This document shows, in pieces, positions 63,501 through 64,000 of a stretch of DNA of 64,000 nucleotides. The translations under genes and the position numbers were made by a program. Every line of letters starts with the position of its first letter. Positions within the stretch are counted from its first letter, which is position 1. The notes below the pieces were generated by a model, which did no database searches, was not told the DNA's origin, and worked only from the letters and a program-made list of their open reading frames with translations. This DNA comes from a virus, in IMG/VR virus record IMGVR_UViG_3300029953_000001. One strand, written 5' to 3'.

Positions 63501-63978
63501 CCCCCACCAACATAGACAGCAGTTTCATCTCTAGTGAAGTCTGCTTGCGTTTCTTCATCTTCTGTTCAACCTGTTCTTTGGTTTTACGCATGGTGCTCAA
63601 CAGGTCGTCGTCCGTTGGAACGTTGTGTCCATGCTCTGCCTTCTCAGCCTCAGTCTCATAGGGGAGCCCCTTATGCAAGTGGGGTTCCTTCTTTATCTTG
63701 TCGTGCTCCTGTTGCTCAAGCTTATGTTCTTCGTTCTCCACCATAGCGTTGAGGTCGTCTTCCCCCTCCGGCTCTTCCTTGGACACATCCTCAGTCTTCG
63801 GCGTGTCCACAACCAAGGGTTCTGTCGCGTTCTCATTACGTTCGACAACACCGGGGACTTCTTCCTCTTCGGGAGCCTTCTTACCTTCTTCCTGTTCACG
63901 CAGGGCATCGATGAGCTTTTGTTGGATGCTCTTGTTTTTCTTCTCGCGGAGCTTCTTTATCTCCTGACGCTTCTTCAT
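63487..63978 (-). CDS. Glu/Lys-rich hypothetical protein; may extend beyond window end
   Basis: ORF reaches within 22 nt of window edge. Confidence 0.4.
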   Translation of the reverse strand: MKKRQEIKKLREKKNKSIQQKLIDALREQEEGKKAPEEEEVPGVVERNENATEPLVVDTPKTEDVSKEEPEGEDDLNAMVENEEHKLEQQEHDKIKKEPHLHKGLPYETEAEKAEHGHNVPTDDDLLSTMRKTKEQVEQKMKKRKQTSLEMKLLSMLVGDDDV

Positions 63979-64000
63979 CGCGTCCTGTTCCTTCTTCAGT

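Noticed and set aside
1-64000. Integrase/excisionase/repressor lysogeny module, given the tRNA-like fragment
   Set aside because: No tyrosine or serine recombinase motifs (R..H.R.Y or S-recombinase N-terminus) were seen in any ORF. The HTH proteins present are small and not adjacent to the tRNA-like site.

Overview
The window reads as a segment of a large, probably virulent dsDNA bacteriophage (no integrase or repressor found). Most genes are on the minus strand, with small plus-strand islands.

Main recognisable content:
- Terminase large subunit with an intein: a ~335-aa LAGLIDADG-containing intein sits inside the Walker A P-loop.
- Homing endonucleases: three GIY-YIG proteins with NUMOD3-like repeats, a mini GIY-YIG protein and an HNH-like ORF.
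- DNA-metabolism genes: SNF2 helicase, calcineurin-like metallophosphoesterase, GNAT, T4 gp1-like P-loop kinase, DUF262/ParB-like protein, PD-(D/E)xK-like ORF.
- NAD / ADP-ribose-related proteins: an inorganic-pyrophosphatase domain fused to a Tpt1/KptA-like ART domain beside a SprT-like protease, plus a NADAR (YbiA-like) and DUF4326 pair about 12 kb away.
- Two glycan-modification cassettes: a membrane GT2, a polysaccharide pyruvyl transferase and a Zn-ribbon SAM C-methyltransferase, then a two-domain GT plus GT2.
- Virion-like genes: a tail-fibre-like N-terminal domain protein, several Ser/Thr/Gly-rich structural-like proteins, very large hypothetical proteins of 733 to 1138 aa, and two giant signal-peptide beta-helix proteins of 1794 and 1259 aa.
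- A sigma-70 region-4-like regulator.

Non-coding structure:
- A promoter-like motif (TTGTTC-N19-TATACT-N6-ATG) conserved in three strong copies, implying leaderless transcripts.
- A recurring palindrome CCTCTA..TAGAGG.
- A 620-bp ORF-free region with an 18-bp long-range inverted repeat downstream of a sigma-70-like promoter.
- A tRNA 3'-end-like fragment.
- 21-bp tandem and direct repeats.
- Several rho-independent terminators.

No CRISPR array, rRNA or complete tRNA was found.

All functional calls come from motif-level reading of the translated ORFs and recall of family signatures; no database search was possible.
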